From NCBI GenBank assembly GCA_044229475.1, contig JBGASW010000003.1:390838-454837 (forward strand): a stretch of 64,000 nt of DNA. Direction: 5' to 3'. The notes beneath the pieces are model-generated. The model was not told the origin of the DNA, made no database searches, and saw only the letters and a program-made list of their open reading frames with translations. Positions 55,057 through 63,978 of this stretch are shown one piece after another; the stretch's first letter is position 1; each line of letters begins with the position of its first letter. The position numbers and the translations under genes are program-made. The DNA comes from Thermoanaerobaculia bacterium (GTDB taxonomy: Bacteria; Acidobacteriota; Thermoanaerobaculia; UBA5066).

Positions 55057-55977
55057 GTGAGCATTCGATTCGATGGACGAGTCGCGATCGTGACGGGGGC
55101 GGGCGGCGGCCTCGGAAGGTGCTACGCGCTGGAGCTCGCGCGGCGGGGCGCCAAGGTGATCGTGAACGACCTGGGCGGGGCTCTGGACGGTACGAGTGGT
55201 TCCGCGGGACTGGCTCAGGCGGTGGCGGACGAGATCACGGCGGCCGGCGGAATCGCCGTCGCGAACCATGACAGCGTGGCGGACCGGTCGGCGGCGCAGA
55301 GAATGGTGGACGAGGCCGCGAGCCGCTTCGGATCGGTGGACATTCTCGTCAACAACGCCGGCATTCTTCGCGACAAGACGTTCGCGAAGCTGGAACTCGA
55401 CGACTTCCAGAAGGTCGTGGACGTCCACCTCATGGGCAGCGTCAACATGACCAAGGCGGCGTTCCCGCTCATGAAGGACAAGGGCTACGGACGCATCGTC
55501 TTCACGACGTCCTCCTCGGGCCTGTACGGGAACTTCGGTCAGACGAACTACGCCGCCGCAAAGCTGGGCGTCGTCGGTTTCATGAACACGCTCAAGCTCG
55601 AAGCGAAGAAGTACGGCATCAAGGTCAACTGCATCGCGCCGACCGCGGCGACCCGGATGACGGGCGGCCTGTGGCCTCCCGAGGTGCTCAACGCCGTGCC
55701 GCCCGAGCGCGTCGTGCCGGCCGTCGTCTATCTCTGCAGCGAGGGCAGCCCGAACGGCCACATCATCGAGGCCGGCGGGTCCTACTTCGCCCGAGTCGCC
55801 ATCGTCGAGGCCCGCGGCGTCGTCCTGGGCCCGAACGCCACCGCTGAGGACGTCGCGGCGCGGTACGAGGAGATCGCCGACCTCACCGGCGCGCGGACCT
55901 TCGACTCGGGAATGGAAGTCGCCACGAACATCGCGAAAGCCGCCGCGGAGGCCTTCCCGGCGGCCGTGACGTCCTAG
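55057..55977 (+). CDS. SDR-family oxidoreductase (MFE-2/3-hydroxyacyl-CoA dehydrogenase-like)
   Basis: Cofactor motif TGAGGGLG, NNAG, and the catalytic YxxxK (YAAAK). Confidence 0.85.
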   Translation: MSIRFDGRVAIVTGAGGGLGRCYALELARRGAKVIVNDLGGALDGTSGSAGLAQAVADEITAAGGIAVANHDSVADRSAAQRMVDEAASRFGSVDILVNNAGILRDKTFAKLELDDFQKVVDVHLMGSVNMTKAAFPLMKDKGYGRIVFTTSSSGLYGNFGQTNYAAAKLGVVGFMNTLKLEAKKYGIKVNCIAPTAATRMTGGLWPPEVLNAVPPERVVPAVVYLCSEGSPNGHIIEAGGSYFARVAIVEARGVVLGPNATAEDVAARYEEIADLTGARTFDSGMEVATNIAKAAAEAFPAAVTS

Positions 55978-56010
55978 TCTTGGCGTGACCTCGGAGCCGG
56001 CCGCCCTGCA

Positions 56011-57735
56011 ATGCTCGTTCGGAGGAGGAGATCCAACGTGTCAGACCCCAGCCGTTTCCAGAACTCGCGTCCGTTGGAAAAACCGTACGCCGTTTGGCGG
56101 TCCGCCGCGGGCGCGGTGCTCGTGATCGGGTCCCTCGCCTGCTCGACCGCTCCGCCCGCTTCTCCGCAAGCCTCGGCGCCTGCGGCGCCGACCGTCGTCG
56201 CGAACGGCGAGCGTCTCGTCGGCGAGTACGTCGGCAAGGGCGGCTCCGAGGCGGTCTTCCGGGGGATTCCTTACGCGGCGCCTCCCGTCGGAGAGCTGCG
56301 CTGGAAGGCGCCGGCGCCGATCACGCCGCGGCCGGGCGTGCAGCAGGCCACGAAGTTCGGCCCGTCCTGCGTCCAGGAAGTCGAGGGCAACTACTTCTAC
56401 CGGTACATCGCCGAGACGCTCGGCCAGGACCCGAAACTGGTTCCGCTCCCCGGGCCAAGCAGCGAGAACTGCCTGTTCCTCAACGTTTGGACTGCGAACC
56501 TGGGCGGCAAGGACCTCAAGCCCGTGATGGTCTGGATTCACGGCGGCGCGAACGCCGTCGGAACGGCCGTGGGGCTTCAGACCGACGGAGCGAACCTCGC
56601 GCGCAAGGGAGTGGTGGTCGTCTCGTTCAACTACCGCCTCAACCTGTTCGGCTTCCTCGCCCACCCGGCGCTGACCGCCGAGTCCGGACACGGCTCGTCC
56701 GGCAACTACGCGCTCCTCGACCAGATCGCCGCGCTGAAGTGGGTGCAGCAGAACGCGGCGGCCTTCGGCGGGGACCCGGGGCGGGTGACGGTCTTCGGCG
56801 AGTCGGCCGGCGGCACCAACATCACCTACCTCCTGGCAACGCCGCTGGCGCGCGGTCTCTTCCACCGCGCCGTGATCGAGAGTGGGGGCTACGCGGTGAG
56901 CGACTTCCGCCCGCTCGGCGAGGCGGAGGCGTTGGGCAAGAGCTTCGAGGAGGCGCTCGGAGTGGCGGGGTCGAAGGACGTCCTCGCGGCCATGCGCGCA
57001 GTGTCCCCGGAGGATCTCCGCCGCGCCTGGCTCCGCACCCGGAAGCTCACGGGTAACGCGCCCAACGTGGACGGCTGGGTGTTTCCGAGGGCGACCGCGA
57101 AGATCTTCGACCGGGGCGAGCAGCACAAGGTGCCCGTCCTCATCGGCTTCAACAAGGACGAGTGGACGACCCTGCGCCAATACTGGCCCAACCCCACCCT
57201 CGACGACTTCCGAAAGGTAATACGGGCCGTCTGGGGCCCGTTCGCCGATCAGGTGCTCAAGCTCTACCCGGCGACGACGGACGCCGAGGCGGCCGCGGCG
57301 GTGGACCGTTATAGCCCCGACTGGTACTACGTCGGCCCGACGCGGTTCATTGCGGAGCGGACGACGCGCGCGGGCAGCCCGGCCTACGTGTACCTCTTCA
57401 GCCGCGTGCCGCAGGCGCCGGGAGGCGAGAAGCTCGGAGCCCACCACGCTATGGAGATTCCGTACGTGTGGGACACCCTCAACGCGATCCCGTGGATGCC
57501 GCGGAAACCCTACGACCATGAGCTCGCCGGCGCGATGAGCGCGGCCTTCGTGCGCTTCGCGATCACCGGCGATCCGAACGGAGGCAAACTGCCTGCGTGG
57601 CCTCGCTACAAGAGTGGGTCGGAGGACTTCCTCGAGTTCGGCGACACGATCCGCGCCAGCTCCGGCATCCGTCCCGAGTTCTGCGACCTCTACGAGAAGC
57701 TGCTGGCGTCGTGGGCGACGGCGGCCCGGCCCTGA
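56011..57735 (+). CDS. Type-B carboxylesterase (para-nitrobenzyl esterase family), probable lipoprotein
   Basis: Motifs EDCLFLNVW-like (ENCLFLNVW), the catalytic Ser motif GESAGG, and a lipobox-like LVIGSLAC. An alternative GTG start at 56038 is better placed relative to a GGAGGAGGA SD. Confidence 0.85.
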   Translation: MLVRRRRSNVSDPSRFQNSRPLEKPYAVWRSAAGAVLVIGSLACSTAPPASPQASAPAAPTVVANGERLVGEYVGKGGSEAVFRGIPYAAPPVGELRWKAPAPITPRPGVQQATKFGPSCVQEVEGNYFYRYIAETLGQDPKLVPLPGPSSENCLFLNVWTANLGGKDLKPVMVWIHGGANAVGTAVGLQTDGANLARKGVVVVSFNYRLNLFGFLAHPALTAESGHGSSGNYALLDQIAALKWVQQNAAAFGGDPGRVTVFGESAGGTNITYLLATPLARGLFHRAVIESGGYAVSDFRPLGEAEALGKSFEEALGVAGSKDVLAAMRAVSPEDLRRAWLRTRKLTGNAPNVDGWVFPRATAKIFDRGEQHKVPVLIGFNKDEWTTLRQYWPNPTLDDFRKVIRAVWGPFADQVLKLYPATTDAEAAAAVDRYSPDWYYVGPTRFIAERTTRAGSPAYVYLFSRVPQAPGGEKLGAHHAMEIPYVWDTLNAIPWMPRKPYDHELAGAMSAAFVRFAITGDPNGGKLPAWPRYKSGSEDFLEFGDTIRASSGIRPEFCDLYEKLLASWATAARP

Positions 57736-57762
57736 CGGCGTCGAGACCCTGAAGGGACGAGC

Positions 57763-59076
57763 GTGGACGCGAACACCCTGAGCACGCTGGGCATCGTCGT
57801 CTCCCTAGTCTTCATCATCACGCTCGCCCTGCGCGGGTGGCACATCATCGTCCTCGCGCCGCTGGCGGCCATCATCGCCGCGCTGTTCTCGAATCTGAAC
57901 GTCCTCGAGACCCTCACCGGGCCGTACATGACCGGGTTCACGAACTATGCCCGGCGCTTCTATCTCATCTTCCTGATGGGCACGCTCTTCGGGAAGTTCA
58001 TGGAAGACAGCGGCGCGGCCCGCTCCATCGCCCAGGCGATCCTGAGGCTCATCGGGGGCAGCGCTGAGACGCCGCTGCGCGTCCTCGTGGCCTTCGCCCT
58101 GGTTCCCATGGCCTTGACGTACGGCGGCGTGAGTCTCTTCGTCGTCATCTTCACGGTGCTCCCCATCGCGCGGCATCTCTGGCAGGAAGCGGACATCCCC
58201 TGGCATCTCTTCATGCTGTCGTTCGTCTTTGGCGCGGCGTCCATGACGATGACGATGCTCCCGGGGACGCCGCAGATCCAGAACCTCATGCCGACGAAGT
58301 ACATGAGCTCGACGCCCGCCTCGGCGCCGGTGCTCGGTCTCCTCGGCGCGTTCGTCGTCTTCGCGATCAACGTCCTCTACATGAGGTATTGCGTACGCAA
58401 ATTCAAACGGGAAGGGGAGCACTACGTTCCGCCGGCCGGCGCTGCGGGCCCGGCGGCCCCCGAGCGGGGGACGCCGCATGCCGGGCTGAGCCTGCTCCCG
58501 ATGGCCGCCGTCCTGATCTTCCTGAACGTCCCCGCCGTGAAAGTGGACGTGATCTACGCGCTCGGCATCGGCATCCTCGTCACGATGCTCCTCTTCTGGC
58601 GTTTCATTCCGAACGTCGTCGACACGATCACCCGGGGCGCCGCGAACACGGTCGTCCCGATCGTCAACACGTGCGCCGACGTCGGGTACGGGATGGCCAT
58701 CGCGGCGACGGCCGGATTCCGCGTCGTGTCCGCCTGGCTCCTGACCCTTCCGATGCATCCGATCGTCTCGCTCTCGATCGCCACGAACATCATGGCGGCG
58801 ATCACGGGCTCCGCCTCCGGCGGCATGGGAATCGTCCTCGAGACGCTGGCGCCGAAATACCTGGCGCTGGGCCTCAGCCCGCATCTGGTCCACCGGATCG
58901 TGGTCATGTCCGCGGGGTGCTTCGATGCGATGCCGCACAATGGCGCCGTGATCACGATGCTCGCGGTCGCCGGGCTGACTCATCGCCAGGCCTACAAGCA
59001 CATCTTCGTCGGCCACGTCCTCGCGACGCTCGTCGCCCTGATCGTCGTGATTCCGCTGGGCATCCTGCTGTACTGA
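57763..59076 (+). CDS. GntP-family permease (putative carboxylate:H+ symporter)
   Basis: 437 aa, ~12-13 TM helices, with a GntP-like N-terminal region (GFTNYARRFYLIFLMGTLFGKFMEDSGAARSIAQAIL). Confidence 0.7.
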   Translation: MDANTLSTLGIVVSLVFIITLALRGWHIIVLAPLAAIIAALFSNLNVLETLTGPYMTGFTNYARRFYLIFLMGTLFGKFMEDSGAARSIAQAILRLIGGSAETPLRVLVAFALVPMALTYGGVSLFVVIFTVLPIARHLWQEADIPWHLFMLSFVFGAASMTMTMLPGTPQIQNLMPTKYMSSTPASAPVLGLLGAFVVFAINVLYMRYCVRKFKREGEHYVPPAGAAGPAAPERGTPHAGLSLLPMAAVLIFLNVPAVKVDVIYALGIGILVTMLLFWRFIPNVVDTITRGAANTVVPIVNTCADVGYGMAIAATAGFRVVSAWLLTLPMHPIVSLSIATNIMAAITGSASGGMGIVLETLAPKYLALGLSPHLVHRIVVMSAGCFDAMPHNGAVITMLAVAGLTHRQAYKHIFVGHVLATLVALIVVIPLGILLY

Positions 59077-59080
59077 GCGT

Positions 59081-59929
59081 GTGTCGACCATGAGCCGGCT
59101 CAAGGACAAGGTCTGCGTCATCACCGGCGCCACGAGCGGCATCGGCAAGCGCACCGCGGAGATCTTCGCGGCCGAGGGAGCGAAGCTGGTGATCGCGGGA
59201 CGGCGCGAGGCCGAGGGCCGGGCGATCGCGAGAGCCCTGGGCGGAGCCTGCGACTTCGTGAGAACCGACGTCACGCTCGAGGCGGAGGTGGAAGCGCTGA
59301 TCGCGTTCGCGCTGGAGAAGCACGGGCGCATCGACTGCCTGTTCAACAACGCCGGCGGGCCGGGGCCGGTCGGCGGCATCGAGGAGATTCCGGTCGCGGG
59401 CTTCGACGCGGCGATGGCCGTGCTGGTGCGCTCGGTCGTGCTCGGGATGAAGCACGCGGCGCCCGCGATGCTGAGGCAGAAATCGGGCAGCATCATCAAC
59501 AACGGCTCCGTGGCCGCGCATCGCGCGGGCTATTCCTCGTCCCTGGTTTATTCCGCGGCCAAGGCCGCGGTCGTCCACCTGACGCGCTGCGTCGCGATGC
59601 AGCTCGGGGAGGGCGGCGTGCGGGTGAACTCGATTTCGCCCGGCTTCATCCCGACCGGCATTTTCGGGAAGGCGTTGGGAATGGCGGCGGAAGAGGCCGA
59701 GAGGTCGGCGGAGACGGTCAAGTCCGGTCTCGGCAGGGTGCAGCCCATTCCGCGGGCCGGGCTGACCGACGACGTCGCCCTGGCGGCCGTGTTCCTCGCC
59801 AGCGACGACTCGACCTTCGTGAACGGCCACGACCTGGTGGTCGACGGCGGCATGATCGGCGGCCGGGGTTGGACGCAGCATCAGGAAACGCTGCGCGGCC
59901 TGAAGCGCGCCTTCGGCCTCGACGGCTGA
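59081..59929 (+). CDS. SDR-family oxidoreductase
   Basis: Cofactor motif TGATSGIGK, NNAG, and YSAAK (YxxxK). Alternative start at 59090 (MSRLKDK). Confidence 0.85.
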   Translation: MSTMSRLKDKVCVITGATSGIGKRTAEIFAAEGAKLVIAGRREAEGRAIARALGGACDFVRTDVTLEAEVEALIAFALEKHGRIDCLFNNAGGPGPVGGIEEIPVAGFDAAMAVLVRSVVLGMKHAAPAMLRQKSGSIINNGSVAAHRAGYSSSLVYSAAKAAVVHLTRCVAMQLGEGGVRVNSISPGFIPTGIFGKALGMAAEEAERSAETVKSGLGRVQPIPRAGLTDDVALAAVFLASDDSTFVNGHDLVVDGGMIGGRGWTQHQETLRGLKRAFGLDG

Positions 59930-59939
59930 GCCCCTCCGG

Positions 59940-60920
59940 CTACTTCTGGAACTGGTAGGCGCCGCCCCAGGACTTTCCGAACGCCTTGGCCTTGAAGATC
60001 CGGGCGCCGCGGCCGCCGAAGTCTCCGGATCCGATGATCAGCTCGTCGGTCCCGGGAAGGATCGCCATCGTGGTGGTCGCGAGCATCGCGCCCTTGTCGC
60101 TTCCCGGTAGCAGGACCTGGCCGATCAGGTTGCCGAGCGCGTTGAAGACAATGACCTTGCCGGCGCCGAAATACGCGACGTAGACGTTGTCGTCGGCGTC
60201 GATCATCGCCGAGTCGGGCCCGCCGAACCCGTTGAAACGGTACGGAATCATGTGGCCGTAGAGGTTCATCGTGACGCCGTCGGCTCCGAGGTCGAGGCGG
60301 TGCAGCTGCTGATGGAACGTCTCCGTGACCCAGAGCGTCTTCCCATTCCTGCCCAGCGCGACCCCGTTGGGGGAGGCCAGGTTCTTGAGAACCGGCGTGA
60401 TCGTCTTGAAGTCCGGAGAGACGTAGTACACCGCGCCATTCGCGACGTTGGCGGCGTCCGTGTAGTCCTTGAAATCCGTGAAATAGAAGCCGCCCTTGCC
60501 GTCGAACACCATGTCGTCCGGCGTGAAGCGCCCGGCCGGGACGATGACCTCCATCCCGGTGCCGTCGGGCCGCATCGCGACGATCCGGCCGGTGGCGTCT
60601 CCGCGATAACCGGCCTTCTCGCCCAGATCGCAGAGGAACAGGCGCCCGTCCTTGTGGATCTTGACCGTGGCGAACCGGCTCTTCGACGGCCCGTACACGG
60701 TCGTCACCGTCTTGTACGGAGGAGCGGACCGGAGAACGCTGCCGTTGCCCACGAGGACCATGTAGAGATTGCCGTCACGGTCGAAGATCAGACCTTCGGG
60801 CGTCTCCGCGGCGTTCGTGACGAGCAGCCAGTCTTCGGCGACGACGGTCGGTAGCTCCGCCCGTCCGACTTCAGCGGCACCCAGAAGGACGAGAGCCAAG
60901 AATGATGCGAGGGTCTTCAT
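59940..60920 (-). CDS. Secreted SMP-30/gluconolactonase/LRE-family beta-propeller protein
   Basis: Signal peptide MKTLASFLALVLLGAA, then a six-bladed-propeller-like sequence. Confidence 0.75.
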   Translation of the reverse strand: MKTLASFLALVLLGAAEVGRAELPTVVAEDWLLVTNAAETPEGLIFDRDGNLYMVLVGNGSVLRSAPPYKTVTTVYGPSKSRFATVKIHKDGRLFLCDLGEKAGYRGDATGRIVAMRPDGTGMEVIVPAGRFTPDDMVFDGKGGFYFTDFKDYTDAANVANGAVYYVSPDFKTITPVLKNLASPNGVALGRNGKTLWVTETFHQQLHRLDLGADGVTMNLYGHMIPYRFNGFGGPDSAMIDADDNVYVAYFGAGKVIVFNALGNLIGQVLLPGSDKGAMLATTTMAILPGTDELIIGSGDFGGRGARIFKAKAFGKSWGGAYQFQK

Positions 60921-60939
60921 CGGGTGCCTCCTCCCGGAG

Positions 60940-63276
60940 TCATCGTTTCACCGCCTCCTCGATCCTGCGACCCGTGGCCGCCGCCGCGCGCGCCTCTGCC
61001 GCGCGGCCCCTGCGGTTCAGCAGGTCGGCGAGAACGTAGTAGCCGAGAGGTCCTTCCGCATGCCCGGGATCGAGCGCGATTCCTTCCCGGGCCAGATTCT
61101 CGGCGCGCACGAGATCGCCGCCCGTGTCCATCAGCAGTTTGGCGAAGTAGTAGCGCCCCTGGACGGAACCGGGGTTGGACCGGAGAAACGCTTCCCACGA
61201 CTGCCTGGCCCGCTCCACGTCACCCATCGCGGCGTGGAGCCGGCCGAGGTTGAACTGCGCCCGGAAGAACGCCGGTTCGAGCTCGAGGGCCCGCGCGTAC
61301 TGCTCGGCGGCGAGTCGACCCTCGCCGCGTTTCTCGCGAAGAAAGCCGAGGTTGAAGTGGGGGAGGGCGAAGCCGTCGTCGAGGGCGACCGCGCGTTCGA
61401 ACTGAGGCACGGCCTCGTCGTCACGGCCCTGCTCGACGCGCACTTCCCCCATCTTGTTGGCGAAGAAAGGCGCCGATTCACCGCTCTGGGAGGCCTTATC
61501 GAGCACGTCGGCGGCCTCGTCGAACCGCTTGAGCCTGACGTAGACGTCGGCGATGGCGAGCGAGGCGCGCGCGTCCGCGCCCTTGAGCTCGAGGACCCGC
61601 CGGAAGCCGGCGAGCGCCTCGTCCCAGCGGCCGAGATCGGCGTACTCGGCGGCCAGGTCGAACAGCGATTGTTCGTGCATGGGGTTCAGCTCGAGGGCCC
61701 GCTTGAAATGGCGGATGGCGTCCCGCGGGCGGCGGCGCTCGGCCGCGATCTGGCCCAGCATCTGGTGCGCGTCGACGATCTCCGCGTCCTCTGCGAGGAC
61801 CTGCTCCAGGAGTCGTCCGGCGGCGTCGTATTCCCGGTGGGAGATCCGGCTCTGGGCATCCACGATCTTCTGGTGGAGCTGCAGGCGGTCCTTGGGATCG
61901 GCGCGGACCCGCTCGCTTTCCTTCCCGACGGCGACGCCACCCCCGCCGGCCAGGTAGCCGAGTGACCGCAGCCGGGCGACGGCGCGCTGGTCGATCTCGG
62001 GTGCGTTGCCGGCAGGGAGCTTCCCGCTCTCGATGCGGTGGCGCAGTCTGCCGAGGTCGGCGGTCAACTCCCGAGCTCGATTCGGATCCACGCTGTGAAG
62101 GTTCTGCTCCTCGGTGGGATCCTGCGCGACGTCGTACAGCTCGGGCCGCGGGACGTCGATGAGCTTGAAACGGCCGGCGCGGAGGGCACGGAGGGGGGCC
62201 CATCCGTAGTGCAACAGCGGGTACAGGGACTCGGAGTAGACCGGTCGATCCCAGGGTACGTCCCGGCCGGCGACGAGAGGCGCGAGGCTCCGTCCGTGGA
62301 CGTTCTCGGGCGCCTTCAGCCCCACGAGGTCGAGGATCGTGGGCAGGAGGTCGACGTGACTCACCGTCCGGTCGACAACGCGCCCTCCGCGGACGCCTCC
62401 GGGAGGCCTGACGATCAGCGCGGCGTGGATCGTCGTGTCGTAGACGAGGAAGCCGTGGAACGTCTCGCCGTGGTCGCCGAGCCCCTCGCCGTGGTCACTC
62501 GTGAGGATGACGAGCGAGTCCTTGAGGAGGTGGCGCTCGTCGAGGGCGCGCCGGAAGTCGCCGACGAGCGAGTCCGTATAGGCCACCACGGCGTCGTACG
62601 GCCGTCCCGGATAACGGGACTTGAACGGCTCCTTCGGAACGTACGGATCGTGGGGGTCAAAGAGGTGGAGCCAGAGGAAGAAGGGGCGGCCGGCCGGTCT
62701 CTTGTCGAGCCAGTTCAGTGCGGCCGCGACGGTATCGGCGCCGTCGCGCCGAACCAGACCCACGTTCGCCACGTTCGCCGTCCCCAGCCCGCCGAGATCG
62801 AAATCGTCGAAGTAGCGGTCGAAGCCGCGGCCGATCCCCCATCGGTGGTCGAGCACGAACGCGCTCACGAAGCCGCCCGTGGTCCATCCGCTCTTGCCGA
62901 GCAGTTCCGCGAGCGTGGGGATGCGCCCGTCGAGAACGGTGCCTACGTTCTCGCGGACGCCATGGCCGGGCGGGTAGAGGCCCGTCATGATCGACGCGTG
63001 CGCCGGGAGGGTGAGGGGCACCGTGCTCGCGGCGTTCGTGAAGCGGACGCCCTCGGCCGCGAACGCGTCGATGTTCGGCGTGTCGACGATCCTCGAGCCA
63101 TAGCACGAGAGACGGTCGGACCGGAAAGTGTCGAGGGTGATGAGAATGACGTTGGAGGCGGCCGCCCGGTGCGCCGTCGGCCTGGAACCACGCAGAAAGA
63201 GGAAGGCGAGAGTGGCGCTCGCGATCACCCCCGCGGCGACGGCGGCGAGGACCGCCCAGCGGCGTCGTCCGCTCAA
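60940..63276 (-). CDS. Membrane-anchored sulfatase (alkaline-phosphatase superfamily) fused to a C-terminal TPR-repeat domain
   Basis: Putative TTG start overlapping the TetR stop (TTGA), followed by a TM anchor. Sulfatase N-terminal motifs are present (NVILITLDTFRSDRLSCYG; HASIMTGLYP; VILTSDHGEGLGDHG). At least 8 TPR units occupy the C-terminal ~350 aa. The 5' 220 codons of the six-frame ORF overlap the TetR gene in another frame and are rejected. Confidence 0.75.
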   Translation of the reverse strand: MSGRRRWAVLAAVAAGVIASATLAFLFLRGSRPTAHRAAASNVILITLDTFRSDRLSCYGSRIVDTPNIDAFAAEGVRFTNAASTVPLTLPAHASIMTGLYPPGHGVRENVGTVLDGRIPTLAELLGKSGWTTGGFVSAFVLDHRWGIGRGFDRYFDDFDLGGLGTANVANVGLVRRDGADTVAAALNWLDKRPAGRPFFLWLHLFDPHDPYVPKEPFKSRYPGRPYDAVVAYTDSLVGDFRRALDERHLLKDSLVILTSDHGEGLGDHGETFHGFLVYDTTIHAALIVRPPGGVRGGRVVDRTVSHVDLLPTILDLVGLKAPENVHGRSLAPLVAGRDVPWDRPVYSESLYPLLHYGWAPLRALRAGRFKLIDVPRPELYDVAQDPTEEQNLHSVDPNRARELTADLGRLRHRIESGKLPAGNAPEIDQRAVARLRSLGYLAGGGGVAVGKESERVRADPKDRLQLHQKIVDAQSRISHREYDAAGRLLEQVLAEDAEIVDAHQMLGQIAAERRRPRDAIRHFKRALELNPMHEQSLFDLAAEYADLGRWDEALAGFRRVLELKGADARASLAIADVYVRLKRFDEAADVLDKASQSGESAPFFANKMGEVRVEQGRDDEAVPQFERAVALDDGFALPHFNLGFLREKRGEGRLAAEQYARALELEPAFFRAQFNLGRLHAAMGDVERARQSWEAFLRSNPGSVQGRYYFAKLLMDTGGDLVRAENLAREGIALDPGHAEGPLGYYVLADLLNRRGRAAEARAAAATGRRIEEAVKR

Positions 63277-63908
63277 TCCGGCAGCACGGCGTGCATGGCG
63301 AGCTCGGTGATTTCGTCCGCCATCTGCGCGGCCGACAGTCTGCCCGGCTGTCGATACCACTTGGGCAGCCACAGGACCATGCCGGCCAGCGTGTGAGTGG
63401 CGGCGGTGATGTCGACGTTGCGCAACTTGCCGGCCGCCGCGAGCCGCTCCAGGCGCTCGCGAATGAGGCCGAGGTAGAAGCGCTTGCGGCGGGCGACTCG
63501 CTCCCGGTCGGCCGGCAGCAGCGACCGCATTTCGTCCACGGCGAGGATCGCGAAAGCCGCGTCGTCCTCGCGGGTCATCATGACGGCGTGGGAGTGGATC
63601 AGACGGCGCAGGTCGTCGGCGGCGTCCGCGGCGCTGTCGGTGAGCTGGTTCCGGATCACGTCCTCGTGGATGTCCTGGGCGTAGCTGATGATCGCGGCGA
63701 GCAGCTCCTGCTTGCTGTTGAAGTGGTAGTAAAGCCCGGCTTTGCTGATCTCGCAGGCGCGTGCGACGTCCACCAGCGAGATCATCTCGAATCCCTGCTC
63801 CAGGATCAGGTGTGCGGCGCGCCGCAGGATCTCGTCGCGCCGGCTCGCCCGACGCCGGGGTCGAGCGGGGGTTGCCGTCGTCGTTTCCGGTCTCTGTCGA
63901 GCCTTCAA
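63273..63908 (-). CDS. TetR/AcrR-family transcriptional regulator
   Basis: N-terminal HTH (ISLVDVARACEISKAGLYYHFNSKQELL) and the typical ~200-aa size. Confidence 0.9.
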   Translation of the reverse strand: MKARQRPETTTATPARPRRRASRRDEILRRAAHLILEQGFEMISLVDVARACEISKAGLYYHFNSKQELLAAIISYAQDIHEDVIRNQLTDSAADAADDLRRLIHSHAVMMTREDDAAFAILAVDEMRSLLPADRERVARRKRFYLGLIRERLERLAAAGKLRNVDITAATHTLAGMVLWLPKWYRQPGRLSAAQMADEITELAMHAVLPD

Positions 63909-63978
63909 ATCGGGCCTTCCTTCCTGCCTCGATTTCCCTTGACAAGTACGCGTTTGAGGGTATCAGATATTAAAACTA

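Noticed and set aside
60769-61965. 398-aa plus-strand ORF within the TPR region
   Set aside because: Antisense to the clearly recognisable TPR repeats of the sulfatase-TPR protein.
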